A stretch of DNA of 64,000 nt from Isurus oxyrinchus (taxonomy: Eukaryota): contig JANJGN010000009.1 in assembly GCA_026770705.1 (NCBI GenBank), positions 78,802,001-78,866,000 on the forward strand, given 5' to 3'. Positions 13,544-25,832 of this stretch are shown here, piece by piece. Within the stretch, counting starts at the first letter, position 1. Every line of letters starts with the position of its first letter. The notes beneath the pieces were generated by a model. It searched no databases. It saw only the letters and a list, made by a program, of their open reading frames with translations, and was not told the origin of the DNA. A program made the position numbers and the translations under genes.

Positions 13544-16020
13544 AGTGATCATGGGAGATTTCAGTATGCAGGTAGACTGGGAAAATCAGGTTGATAGTGG
13601 ATCCCAAGAAAAGGAATTTGTAGAATGTCTACGAGATGGCTTTTTGGAGCAGCTTGTGTTGGAACCCACTAGGGAACAGGCAATTCTAGATTTACTGATG
13701 TGTAATGAGGCAGATTTGATAAGGGAGCTTAAGGTGAAGGAACCCTTAGGAGGAAGTGACCATAATATGATAGAATTCCCCCTGCAATTTGAGAGGAAAA
13801 AGCTGGAATCAGATGTAACAGTATTACAGTTGAATAAAGGCAACTACAGAGGCATGAGGGAGGAGCTGGCCAGAATTGACTGGGAGATGAGCCTAGCAGG
13901 AAAGACAGTGGAACAGCAATGGCAGGAGTTTCTGGGAGTAATTTGGGAGACACAGCAAAAATTCATCCTTAGGAAGAAGAAGCATACTAAAGGGAGGATG
14001 AGGCAACCATGGCTGTCAAGGGAAGTCAGGGACAGCATAAAAGCTAAAAAGAAAGCATACAATGTGGCAAAGAGCAGTGGGAAACCAGGGGATTGGGAAG
14101 CCTACAAAGACCAACAGAGGACAACTAAAAAAGAAATAAGATGATTAAATATGAGGGTAAACTAGCCAGTAATATAAAAGAAGGTTGCAAGAGTTTTTTT
14201 AGATATATAAAGGGTAAGAGAGAGGCAAAAGTGGACATTGGGCTGCTGGAAAATGACACTGAAGAAGTAGTAGTGAGGAACAAAGAAATGGCAGAGGAAT
14301 TGCATAGGTACGTTGCGTCAGTCTTCATGGTGGAAGACATGAGTAACATCCCCAAAGTTCAAGAGAGTTGGGGGGCAGAGGTGAGTATGGTGGCCATTAT
14401 CAAGAAGAAGGTGCTTGGAGAACTGAAAGGTCTGAAGGTGGATAAATCACCTGGACCAGATGGATTACACCTCAGAGTTCTGAAGGAGATAGCTGAAGAG
14501 ATAGTGGAGGCGTTAGTGGTGATCTTTCCGGAATCACTGGAGTCAGGGAGCATCCCAGAGGACTGGAAAATCGCTAATGTAACCCCCCTGTTTAAGAAGG
14601 GAGTGAGGCAAAAGACGGGAAATTACAGGCCGATTAGCCTGACCTCGGTCGTTGGTAAGATTTTAGAGTCCATTATTAAGGATGAGATTTCAGAATACTT
14701 GGAAGTGCATGGTAAAATAGGGTAAAGTCAGCATGGTTTCATCAAGGGGAGGTCATGCCTGACAAATCTGTTAGAATTCTTTGAGGAGGTAACGAATAGG
14801 TTAGACAAAGGAGAGCCAATGGATCTTATCTACTTGGACTTCTAGAAGGCCTTTAACAACGTGCTGCACAGGAGGCTGCTTAGTAAGATAAGAGCCCATG
14901 GTGTTAGAGGCACAGTACTAGCATGGATAGAAGATTGGCTGTCTGGCAGGAGGCAGAGAATGGAGATAAGGAGGTCCTTCTCAGGATGGTGGCCGATGAC
15001 TAGTGGAGTTCCGCAGGGGTCAGTGTTGGGACCACAACTTTTCACTTTATACATTAATTATCTAGATGAAGGAACTGAGGGCATTCTGGCTAAGTTTGTA
15101 GATGATACAAAGATAGGTGGAGGGACAAGGAGTATTGAGGAGGGGGGGAAGCTGCAGAAGGATTAAGACAGGTTAGGAGAATGGGCAAAGTAGTGGCAGA
15201 TGGAATACAACGTGGGGAAATGTGAGGTCATGCAGTTTGGTAGGAAGAATAGAGGCATAGACTATTTTCTAAATGGGGAGAGAATTCAGAAATCTGGAGT
15301 GCAAAGGGACTTGGGAGTTCTAGTTCAGGATTCTCTTAAGGTTAACTTGCAGGTTGAGTCGGTAGTTAGGAAGGCAAATGCAATGTTGGCATTTATTTCG
15401 AGAGGACTTGAATATAAAAGCAGGGATGTGCTGCTGAGGCTTTATAAGGCTCTGGTCAGACCACATTTAGAATATTGTGAGCAATTTTGGGCCCCATATC
15501 TCAGGAAGGATGTTCTGGCCCTGGAGAGGGTCCAGAGGAGATTCATGAGAACAATCCCAGGAATGAAAGGCTTAACATATGAGTTACGTTTGAGGACTCT
15601 GGGTCTATACTCGATGGGGAGTTTAGAAGGATGAGGGGGGATCTGATTGAAACTTACAGAATACTGAAAGGCCTGGATAGAGTGGACATGGGGAAGATGT
15701 TTCCATTAGTAGGAGAGACTAGGACCCGAGGGCACAGCCTCAGAGTAAAGGGAAGATCTTTTAGAACAGAGATGAGGAGAAACTTCTTTAGCCAGAGAGT
15801 GGTGAACCTATGGAATTCATTCCCACAGAAGGCTGTGGAGGCCAGGTCATTGAGTGTATTTAAGACCGAGATAGATAGGTTCTTGATTGGTAAGAGGATC
15901 AAAGGTTACAGGGTGAAGGCGGGAGAATGGGGTTGAGAAAATTATCAGCCATGATTGAATGGCAGAGCAGACTCAATGGGCTGAATGGCCTAATTTCTGC
16001 TCCTATGTCTTATGGTCTTA
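13544..16020 (+). mobile_element. 5'-truncated CR1 LINE ORF2 (end of APE endonuclease plus RT), disrupted
   Basis: ORF-track peptides IMGDF...[45 protein letters not shown]. Several stops and frameshifts; tail tcctatgtcttatggtctta; tttac on both flanks. Confidence 0.96.
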
Positions 16021-16037
16021 TTTACTGTGTTTAACAG

Positions 16038-16157
16038 GAGAAATCTCGTTTAGAGCTTGTCTCAGTGGATAATGTTGCAACAGATAATAAACCTCTACAG
16101 ATTCCGAAGGAAATTTGGTTGTTGGTGGATCATCTCTTTAAAAATGCAAGTCGACAG
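16038..16157 (+). CDS. OCRL: OCRL exon (start of RhoGAP-like domain)
   Basis: aacAG...GTAGGT, 120 nt. Reads [40 protein letters not shown]. Confidence 0.95.
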
Positions 16158-17035
16158 GTAGGTGTAATAAATTTTCTTTCCGCCTGTTCAGCCTGTAAGC
16201 TATCACACTTAACAATTCATCTATTATATCTCAAAAGATAACAATGTACCAGTGGGAGGTGTGACTATAGGTAAAACCTTATGATCTTGTAGTTTGCATC
16301 TCGTGATATACAAAGAAAATGGTTAATTAAATGTTGATTCTGGTAAATGAAAAGAGTTCTATCCGAGCTATTTGATTTTGTAAAAACAACAATAATGCTG
16401 CTACATTTTGGATGCATTAGGATTAACTTTGTCTGTTTAAAGGAATGTTCTTACAGTAGTCTTACCACAAAGTTTTCATAATCCCATAGTTAATTATTTT
16501 TTGCATCTGTCACCCCTTCATTTTTGAATGTGCTGATCATTGCTGGGATATGATTCAATGTTCTGGTCATTCTTAATATAAGAGTCTAAGCAGTGTTGCT
16601 AGGATATAAGACCATTAAGGGCTTCACCGTGAAACCTGATCTTGTCCGATTTGTGCACATCCAGGAGTTAAAAGAAACCATTTTCAGAATCAAACTAATG
16701 CCTCTTCCCATCCCTTCTCCCTAAGAATTACAAACTCGACATAGTTGCACCTGGAACCTCCTAGACTGTATGCTTTCCTAATATAACAAGCTCACTGTTA
16801 TATTTCATTGTTATATGTCATTGTTTTAAGTGTTACCCGCTGATAAGAGTAGCCAGCTTGTAGCAGTGAAGCATGAGGTCTGGGCCTAGAATTTTATCCT
16901 TTTTCAAAATGAGCACCCTCAAATTTCTAGGCCATTGTATACGAAACCAAGCAGGAGAGTTTGAAATGAGTTTTACCAGTGCAGAGAATTTAAAAGATTG
17001 GAGGAGTTTTCATTAACCTTTTGCTGTTTTGACAG

Positions 17036-17120
17036 GAGGACCTGTTCCAAATACCTGGTACACAGGAGGAACTTCAAAAGATTTTTGACTGCTTGGACAC
17101 AAGCATTCCACAAACTATTC
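17036..17120 (+). CDS. OCRL: OCRL exon, RhoGAP-like domain
   Basis: gacAG acceptor, 85 nt, [28 protein letters not shown](P), followed by GTATCCTTT. Confidence 0.95.
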
Positions 17121-19209
17121 GTATCCTTTACACTACAACATGGAGCCAGGGTCAAGTTTTTTTTATTCTTTATTGGGTTGTGGATGCCGCTGGAAGGCCA
17201 GCATTTGTTGCCCATCCTTAATTTCCCTGGAGAAGTGGCGGTGAGCTGCACCCTTGAACTGCTGCAATCCTTCTGGTACAGGTACACCCATGGTGCTGTT
17301 AGAGAGGAAGTTGCAGGATTTTGATCCTGCGACAGTGAAGGAATGCTGATATAGTTCCCAGTCAGGATGCTGCATGGCTTGGAGGGGAACTTGTAAATGC
17401 TGGTGTTCCCATGCATCTGCTGCCCTTGTCCTTCTAGGTAGTAGAGGTCACGGGTTTGGAAGGTGCTGTAGAAGGAGCTTTACGTTGCTGCAGTGCATTT
17501 TGTATGTAATTCACACTGCTGCCACTGTCAGTGGTGGAGGCAGTGAATGTTTGTTGTTAGATGGGGTGCCTACGATACTCTTCCAGGCGAGTAAAGAGTA
17601 TTCCATCACATTCCTGACTTGTGCCTTGTAGATGGTGGGCAGGTTTTAGGGAGTCAGGATGAGTTACCGTGGGTATATAGCTTTTCCAATTCAATTTCTG
17701 GTCAACGTTAAAACGCAAATTGTTGATAGTGGGGGAACCAGTGATGGTAATGCCGTTAAATGTCAAGGGGAAATGGTTATATTCTCTCTTGTTGGAAAGG
17801 GCCTTTGCCCAGCACTTGTGTGGTGCAAATGCTACCTGTCACTTATCAGCCCAAGCCTGAATATTGTCAGGTCTTGCTGCATATTGGCACAGACTGTCTC
17901 AGTATCTGAAGAGTTGCAAATGGTACTGAACATTGTGCAATCATCAGTAAACATCTCCATTTCTGATCTTATGATGGACGGAAGGTCATTGATAAAGCAA
18001 TTGAAGATAGTTGGGCCTAGAACAGTACCCTGAGGAACTCCTGCAGCAGTGTCCTGGGACTAAGATGATTGGCCTCCAACAGCCACAACCATCTTCCTTT
18101 GTGCTAGATATGATTCCAGTCAGTGGAGAGTTTTTCCCCTGATTTCTATTGACTTCAGTTTTGCTAGGGCTCCTTGATACCACATTCTGTCAAATGTTGC
18201 CTTGATGTCAAGAACAGTCACAATATGGAGCCAGGGTCAAGTTTTTTTTATTCTTTCATGGGGTGTGAACATTGCTGGCTTTATTTTACAGGCAGCTGCA
18301 CTGTCACTATCAGAACTAAAATGTACAATAGTCTCTAATGAAAGCGATGCACGTTAGATTAATGGAGGGATGATCATTATAGGTTAATGAGCTTAGAACT
18401 TTGGTCGTGTTACATCCAAGGAAAGCTGTTTTTTTAAATAAAATGCTAATATTTTTAAGTAAATGCTCAGCAAAAGTTAAGGAATCAGTAGTGTTAATGA
18501 TTGCTGCAATTTGGTGGCTTATTTGCCCATTGGAAATATTTTATTCCATTCTCTTTCTTAGCCCCACAACACCATCCCCCCCCCAGCCACGACAAGGTCA
18601 TCAAAAACCCTTTTGCTCCTGATGAGAAGCATTGTGTTAAGTTTCAGGATTTTGAGCAGGCAAATGTATGGTATTATGGAGTTGGAGGACATAACTTTAC
18701 TGTCATAGCTTCATTACTACAGGTTTGTCCAGCTTAATTGTATTTTATGTAAGGGCACCAGGTTGCTCTCGTGCTTGTGGTAATATTTTTGTAGCATTGT
18801 AGAGTATAGGAAGCCTGTGTACATCTTGGTTGTAATTAGTATTTGGTGTAGGAAAAAAGGACTCCAAAAGAGGCTACGTGATTAATTTTTCTGCACATCA
18901 TTTGTCTGACAATGGTTTCAGTAAAGTATGTAGTACAGAAAGCTGACCAATTTTTGATGAAAGGTTTCTGGGTATTGTATTCTCTCAATTGAGTTATAGG
19001 AGGTTTTTTTCACTGTTGTCAAACCTCCATCACTTACCTTAACTCAGCGTCCCCTCATTTTTATAAAAGTCCAGATTTATTGCAATTCCATATATTTCAA
19101 TATATGATAGAAACCATATAGGTTTTCTGTGCAAAGCCAAATTCGTATCTGCTATTAGATACTCGAGACCAATCTTATGCTGTTGACATTTCCTGATTTT
19201 GTATACTAG
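17121..19209 (+). other. OCRL: U12-type (minor spliceosome) GT-AG intron of OCRL
   Basis: Donor GTATCCTTT matches the U12 consensus. TTCCTGAT, a branch-site-like motif, lies ~12 nt before the TAG acceptor, with no long pyrimidine tract. Confidence 0.85.
17157..18220 (-). mobile_element. CR1/L2-group LINE 3' fragment
   Basis: The reverse strand gives AAGVPQGTVLGPTIFNCFINDLPSIIRSE and a tail ending ...gaataaaaaaa. Flanked by a 21-bp direct repeat. Same family as 53790-54840 and 59592-60378. Confidence 0.88.
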
Positions 19210-19337
19210 CTGGCAGTAATCATTCGGTGGCTGAAGCTTTGCTCATCTTCCTTGAAGCCCTCCCAGAGCCTGTGTTATGTTATGAGCTGCATCTTCAATG
19301 CCTAGAAATTTCGTTCGATAATCGCAGCTGTAGACAT
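19210..19337 (+). CDS. OCRL: OCRL exon, RhoGAP-like domain
   Basis: 128 nt, (P)[48 protein letters not shown] donor. Confidence 0.96.
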
Positions 19338-20779
19338 GTAAGAGTTGCAGTTCTGTAATTGTTCTGTGAGACTATTATGATACTGTACATAAAATTGAAT
19401 CACAATCGCTTAACGATTCATAATTTGTGCAGATACCTTGTATTCTCTGCAGATAACACCTATCTAGCTAACATAGCTACCTTATTAAAACAACTTGCAT
19501 TTATATAGGGCCTTTACCTTAGACTGGATCGGTGTGGCACAGGTCATTCACAGAAGCACAATTTGTAGCTGCGTTGTTTGAAATGAACTTGCATTAATGG
19601 TGATTTTGTGCAGAAAGTAAACTAGAATAAGTTAAGAAAAGTAACATTTTCATGAATAATTCAATAGCAATCAACCAGTATAAGGCTATAATTTGTGCCC
19701 TAACACTCAGTTCAAAAAGTACCTGACTATAGTGACAGATTTCCCTAGCTACACTTTTTTTTTATTTCCAGGTAGCTGACTCACCTGAACTCAAGATGTT
19801 GCATAGATGCCAAAGCCTTTAGGGCTTGATTTTATCAGGAAGGTTAGAATTCTTGGTCAATAATTAGAAATCCCAGCTAGATACAGCATGCCTTTGAGGT
19901 GGTTCCAGACTGGGGAATATTTCTGCTATCATTAGAGTGCTTTCCTCAAGACCAGTGGAAAATTCAGATGAACTATTATTTATGAATTCTAGGTCTTACC
20001 TAACATAAGCACATCTCCATAGGCCATGGTCCTTCCTATATAATTTGTTGTCCTTGGATGTTGAGATTAATATTTTTAAGATAGTGACAGAAACTTAAAT
20101 ATGTTGAAGAAATTTCACTTGTACGCTGCATCATAGGTGATGGCAGATGGTTCTTTTGTAGATTGGAGCGCTCAACTTCAGGGAGATTGGCCCCAAGTAT
20201 TATTAACTGAATCACATTTCATCACCTGTAAGATGATAAGTTTGTGTCGTATAGTAAATCATAGTAAATTTTACCATTCGAAGAGAAAACTCAGAAGAAA
20301 TCAGAAGTGTGGCCTGTGAATGTAACCACACATTACAAACATATGAAAATGACAGGCAGGGAAATACCAGTTGATTCTTCAAGCCTATCCCACCCTACAA
20401 TAGCTAGACCATCATGATTAAACACATCTTCCCTACCACCCATACTCAGCTATACAATCTCCTGGGAGAGGCAAAAAAAATGAAATATCGGTTACAATAA
20501 GTGTAACACGATAAGCAATTCAAACCAGTCCGGGCAATCAGATGAACCTATTAAGTTCAGGGAATCAGCAGCCATCGGAAAAATATTCCAATGGCTTATA
20601 ATTCTCTGGAGAAAGAAATGGTTTTGTGGAAATCCCCATATGAAGCAAAAACCCAGATTCCAAATGACTGCCCTGGCTTTTCCGACAGAATCACTGCAAA
20701 CGCATATACTTTTCACCCCATTTCCCACATTCTTTATCATTGACTCCCTGTCAGCAATCTGAGTCAAAATCCACATATT

Positions 20780-21095
20780 TGTCTCCCAAATCCTCCAGGG
20801 TCTAGTTGCACCTTACCTCTCCAAATCTGTGTCTCATCCTGCATCTTCTGGACTTCAGCTTTCAGCCTGTTAAGCCGTATCACATTCTCTTGGTAACAGA
20901 ACCTTTAGTCATCTCATCCTCACTCACTAGAGTTCTCCGCCTTGCCTTCAAAATCCTCCTAAGAACCTGTATCTTCCACCATAGCTTTGGGCACTTCCCC
21001 TGATTTCCTTCTTTCGGCTCAGGTCTGGCACAAATTGTTGAGTGATTTAGGACTTCTTGCCAAATTAAAGGCACCACATAAATAAAATTGTTTGT
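20780..21095 (+). mobile_element. Old L2-like LINE 3' remnant
   Basis: Pyrimidine-rich decayed end finishing ...ttaaaggcaccacataaataaaattgtt, similar to the reverse copies at 38965-39170 and 45333-45590. Confidence 0.5.
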
Positions 21096-21404
21096 CTTTC
21101 CATGGTGCAGAGACATACTAATCCTGAACCTCTGTAGATTTAGTGCAAATTTATCTGAAGCCCAGATCTCTACAAATGTATTAAATAATAATTAGATTTA
21201 AAGAGAAGTTATTTTAACAGCATTGTATCCATCATGCAGTGTAATGGGTATTTTAATACTATTAAACTCTATAATTTCCAGTTGTTCATTGTTGTAGTAT
21301 TTTACACCATGTTGTGCCACATTGGCTGTTTAATGTCAAGTTGTCACATTGATGATTTTTAACAGTCTTTGCATTGCCGTAAATATTTGCTTCTTTTTCT
21401 CCAG

Positions 21405-21516
21405 TTGATAACTCAATTACCACGCAGCCACAAAAATGTGTTTAAGTACTTGATGGCATTCCTCCGGGAATTATTAAAGCATAGACAAGACAACAAGCTT
21501 GATGCTAAGATGTTAG
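21405..21516 (+). CDS. OCRL: OCRL exon, RhoGAP-like domain
   Basis: ccAG...GTAAGA, 112 nt, [37 protein letters not shown](A). Confidence 0.96.
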
Positions 21517-23149
21517 GTAAGAAAAGATGGAACACTTCTGACCTGTGTCATTAACAGATAGAATGCCATGGAAACTTCCTAGATTCTCTAATTAAGCTTC
21601 TTTAACTGATCCTAAAACATTCTTTCTCAATAACAGCATGGCACTATACATCCGAGTGAGATTGCTGATGTATTAAATTGAATTATTTACTCTGATCTTG
21701 TTACCACTGTTTTAACAAAACTGAAAATGTTCCAAGCGAAGACTTGTGCAATCTCCCTTTTGTGCATTTTAGCTCTAGTATCTCTAAGTGTATTATAATT
21801 TATTCAAAATAGCTATTGCACCAATTTGAGATGCAGAGCTTGGAAGATTTCCATTAGGCCAGCTCTGTAACTAATATTGCATTATTTATTTAAAACAAAT
21901 TATTCCCTCTCTATATAATAAGGAACCTTAAAAGACAATTTTAAATGCTGGCAGTGATGGAAAGTAGGCCAAAGAAGATTGACCAGACAGATACTGTCTG
22001 TCTAATTTTGCTTTTCATTATGGAAAAGAAAGTCAGGTAGGGTCTTAGAATGGGTGGCCAGTGTGCTATAGACTGTTTTCTGCCAACACCTGATGTTAAA
22101 AATAACTGTTTGGTCTCCAGAATAATATCTTGGACTGGAGGAGCTGTTGTACTCTTAAAACTATAAGTGAATGAGCTCCTACTGTGGTGACACTTTTATC
22201 TCTAAAGAGATAAGAGGCTAAAGGAATTGACCACATAATCTTGGTCAATACTTTGGTGTTATACTGAGGGAGTTCTGCAATGTCAGATGCAACAGTAAAC
22301 AGAGGCTCCATCTGCATGTTTGGGTGCATGCAAGGTAAATAATGTGACACTTTCTTTTTTGAAGACTAAGGTATTCTCCCTAATTCCTGGCCAGCATTCA
22401 TTGCTCAACCAATATCACTAAAACAGGTTAGCTGGTAGTATGAATTTCTCTCTGATTCAGCAGCTCATTGGTGGATTTGTGTACCTTACAATTATCTGCT
22501 CACCTTTATTTTCCAACACAATTGCTGACCTGGGAAAGTAATAATGAAAACCCTGCATTTTGTGAATAGGTGTCACCACATGCATGTCTCCAGGTTTCAA
22601 AAACGTGGTCTTATGAGTACTCTAGTGAGACCAAACCGAATATAACCCAAGAAACTGATTTATTTTTATTTCATACATGTTGATGAAAAAGGTAACGATT
22701 ACAGTCAGTACAACTTAACTCATAAAATCTGGCGTAAAACAGAAGGTACTGCATACTATACTGTCTCTGTTGGTGGACTAAAGACAGCTTTTCTGATAAT
22801 TCTTTCTAAACCCAGTCAACCCTGTACTTAAGAACAGAACTTCCTCTTTGTAAGAATAGCTTCTTTACCAGATCTCAGATTGTCCCAGACAGTGCCTTTT
22901 TCTCAGCTGGGCTGTAAGATCAAGATTTGACATCTGATCCTCCCACAGCTCTTCATGCCTAAGAGTTGAGCAGCTCATCAGATTAGCCGCTAACCACCCA
23001 GGAGTGAGTTCCAGCCAGAAAGGTTTATGCTGTGTATATATAAAAGCAGTCCCGTCCAGCTAACATTATTGATTTCTAGAAGTACTGTATCAAAATGTGG
23101 TAAAGATTCACATATTGTCACAAACTTAAAAATAAATTAAAGGTTTGTA

Positions 23150-23595
23150 ATCATATAGCACCTTTTGCATCTCAGGGCGTCACAAAGTACTTCATAGCAA
23201 ATTAAGTACTTTTGGAGTAATTGTTGTTATGTACGAATTGTGGCATTCAATTTGTGCACAACAAGCTCCCACAAGCAGTAGCATGATAATTACCAGATAG
23301 TCTGTTTTTTAGCGAAGTTGATCGGGAGATAAATATTAGCCTGGACACCTGAAATAACTTCCTGTTGTTCTTCGAAATAGTACCGTGGAATTGTTTACGT
23401 CTACCCTGAGAAAGCAGGCAGGGCCTCGATTTAATGTCTCATCAGAAAGACAACCCATTCAACATTGCAGCAATCCCTAAATACTTCACAGGAGCACCAG
23501 CCTAGATTTTTGTGCTCAAGTCTCTAAAGTAGGACTTGCAGTCACAATCTTCTAACTCAGAGGCTAGAGTGCTATTCACTGAGCCATGGTTGACT
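23150..23595 (-). mobile_element. Deu-domain SINE (SacSINE1/AmnSINE-like)
   Basis: The reverse strand carries Deu-core-like gtctttctgatgagacattaaatcgaggcc...gtagacgtaaac...ctatttcgaagaa. Homologous to 30490-31155, with more decayed copies near 22205-22440 and 3160-3480. Confidence 0.75.
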
Positions 23596-24117
23596 CATGT
23601 TAAGCAATATTGTCTTTTGGGAACTCATTAAATCATCCAGTCCCCTTACTGTTTCAGTGACTTCAGCTTTTTTCTGTTGTCAAGTGAATAAAGAGTGCTG
23701 CACCTCTGGGCAATTAAACCTCAGCATCTGACTTTATATCAAAAATTCTTTCTGGGGTAAATGGTCAAACTTTCAAAAAATTGATACTGATCAGTCATGT
23801 TGCTATTTGTATGATCTACCTGTACACATAACGGTTCCATATTTACCTAGAAAACAATAGAGCCTGTACTTATTGACTGGGAATTGTCTTGGGTCATCTG
23901 AGGACATGAAAGATGGTGTGTAAATACTTGTTTGTTTTTCTTTATAAAAACAATTACTTAATGAAAATAGAGCTATTAAGTGCTCAGTTGGTCAAGCAGC
24001 ACCCCTGGAGAGAGAAACAGTTAACAGCTCAGGTCATTAGAATGCATCATTGAACCTGAAAGGTTATCTGTTTCATCACAGATGTTGCCTGATCTAAGTA
24101 TTTCCAACGTTTTCTTT

Positions 24118-24777
24118 GGCCTGAATTTTTTTCCGCGTCGGGTGGGCTCAGCAGGAGCGGGTAGGGCAGGCGAAGAGCTGACTGCCACCCGTGATCAGCT
24201 CCGCACCATGATTTCATGCAGGCGAGCCAATTGAGGCCCGCCCAGCGTGGATCACGAGTGGTAGCGCTGACCACTGCCTGTGCGGGCGGTGGTTTGGAGG
24301 AGGAAGAGTCAGATCTAGCGCGCAGTTCACACATGCACGCAAAATAGCGCTTCAATCTCCCTGAGGCACGGAGGTGCCTCGGAGATTGAAGCACTTTTTT
24401 AAAAAATGAATAATGACATTAAAAATTTAATGAAACACCTTGTCATGTGACATGTTTTTAATGGCAAAAGAAAGTTTTTATTTAATTTATATTAGCTTTA
24501 GCAAACCTCAACCCACTCATGGATGAGGTTACCTAAAAAAAATAAAGGCCACTTGGCCTTTTTGCTTGCCCACCAACCGTACGGTTGGGTAGGAAGCATA
24601 AAATTCAAGTTAATTAGGTCCTTAATAAGCCTTTCAATTATTGACAGATGCGCAGCCAACTCCAGCGTGCGCCCGCCAAACGCAATGTCTTAACAATGCG
24701 CAGTGACGTTGGGACGCCACCCAACATCACCGCGTATCATTTTACCTTCCAGCATGTCAGAAGATAAAATTCTGGCC
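24118..24777. mobile_element. Harbinger-type MITE inserted at the edge of an old PLE remnant
   Basis: GGCCTGAATTTT...AAAATTCTGGCC termini; reverse orientation of 9301-9973. Confidence 0.8.
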
Positions 24778-25707
24778 TATATTTTAGATTTCCTGTATCC
24801 ACACTATTTTGCTTTTGTTATTAGAGGTGTCATTTAATATTTTTCTATTTTTGTATTGTATTCATAAACTGAATATAAGGACATATCTCCATCCCTCTCA
24901 TAGACAATCTAACAAAGTTCACACAAGAAGACTGTCTGCTGACAGGGTTGTTAGCAGCTGTGGAACCAACTCCCTGCAAGGGTCATTAGTTTCAGGAAAA
25001 GGGGGGAGAAAATTCAGGCCAACGAAAGTAAACCATGGTTTTAGCTGTTTTAACTCTGCCTATTAGGTCATGATAATTGAGAAACTCTAGCTGTTGATCA
25101 ATGCAAATTGCAACACCAGCTGTGGGCAGGAATTTGCCTTCACGATGACATGTATTTCAAAAGCTCCAAAGCAAGACATCATCCTGGCAAGCAAGGCATC
25201 AGCAGAGATCATCCTACACCACCAGCAAGGGACAGTTTCACATGTGGCACTTGTGTCAGACTTTGCCTTTCCAGAATCGGATAGTTCGGCCATCAAAAGA
25301 AGTAAAATACATGATCTCATCTGACCTGACCAAGGTCCTGAGGCTGCATTCTCATTGTCTCTCACAGATGGAAGGATGCCGCTGGGACAGTAGTGGCTAT
25401 TTGTTCTGATGCACTGAATTTTTGAGTTTGCTTCCCCTGCCTGTTTCAGTTAAGGATAGTCTAAACCAAAGAGAATTTAGAAGGTTGTCAGGTTTGAATT
25501 ATGTCTGATTTGCCCAAATATATTTACAGAATTGACTTAGGCAAGTGTTTTGAGATGCAAACCTAATTATTAGTTTGACATCTATAAGTCAGTTATTAAA
25601 CACGTTTGAAGACCAAAATGTTTAGGTATATGAAGAAACATGGTTGAAGGGATTAGTATTTCACTACAGACATATTATATAATTGTTTGTATTCCTGTCA
25701 TCCACAG

Positions 25708-25832
25708 CTACGCTCTTTGCAAGTCTGCTTTTGAGGCCACCACCAAACTTAATTGGACGGCAAACCCAGAACGATCGCCAACGTGCTGTGGATTTCATCT
25801 ATGGCTTCCTGATAAGTGGAGATGGTGACTAA
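25708..25832 (+). CDS. OCRL: OCRL last coding exon
   Basis: cacAG acceptor, (A)[40 protein letters not shown] with TAA at 25830-25832; matches the OCRL C-terminus. Confidence 0.96.

Noticed and set aside
13527-15936. Long ORFs as a host gene or active LINE
   Set aside because: They are consecutive fragments of a 5'-truncated CR1 ORF2 broken by stops and frameshifts.
17036-17060. Gln in place of the RhoGAP arginine finger (EDLFQIPG)
   Set aside because: Known property of the catalytically dead OCRL RhoGAP-like domain, not novel.
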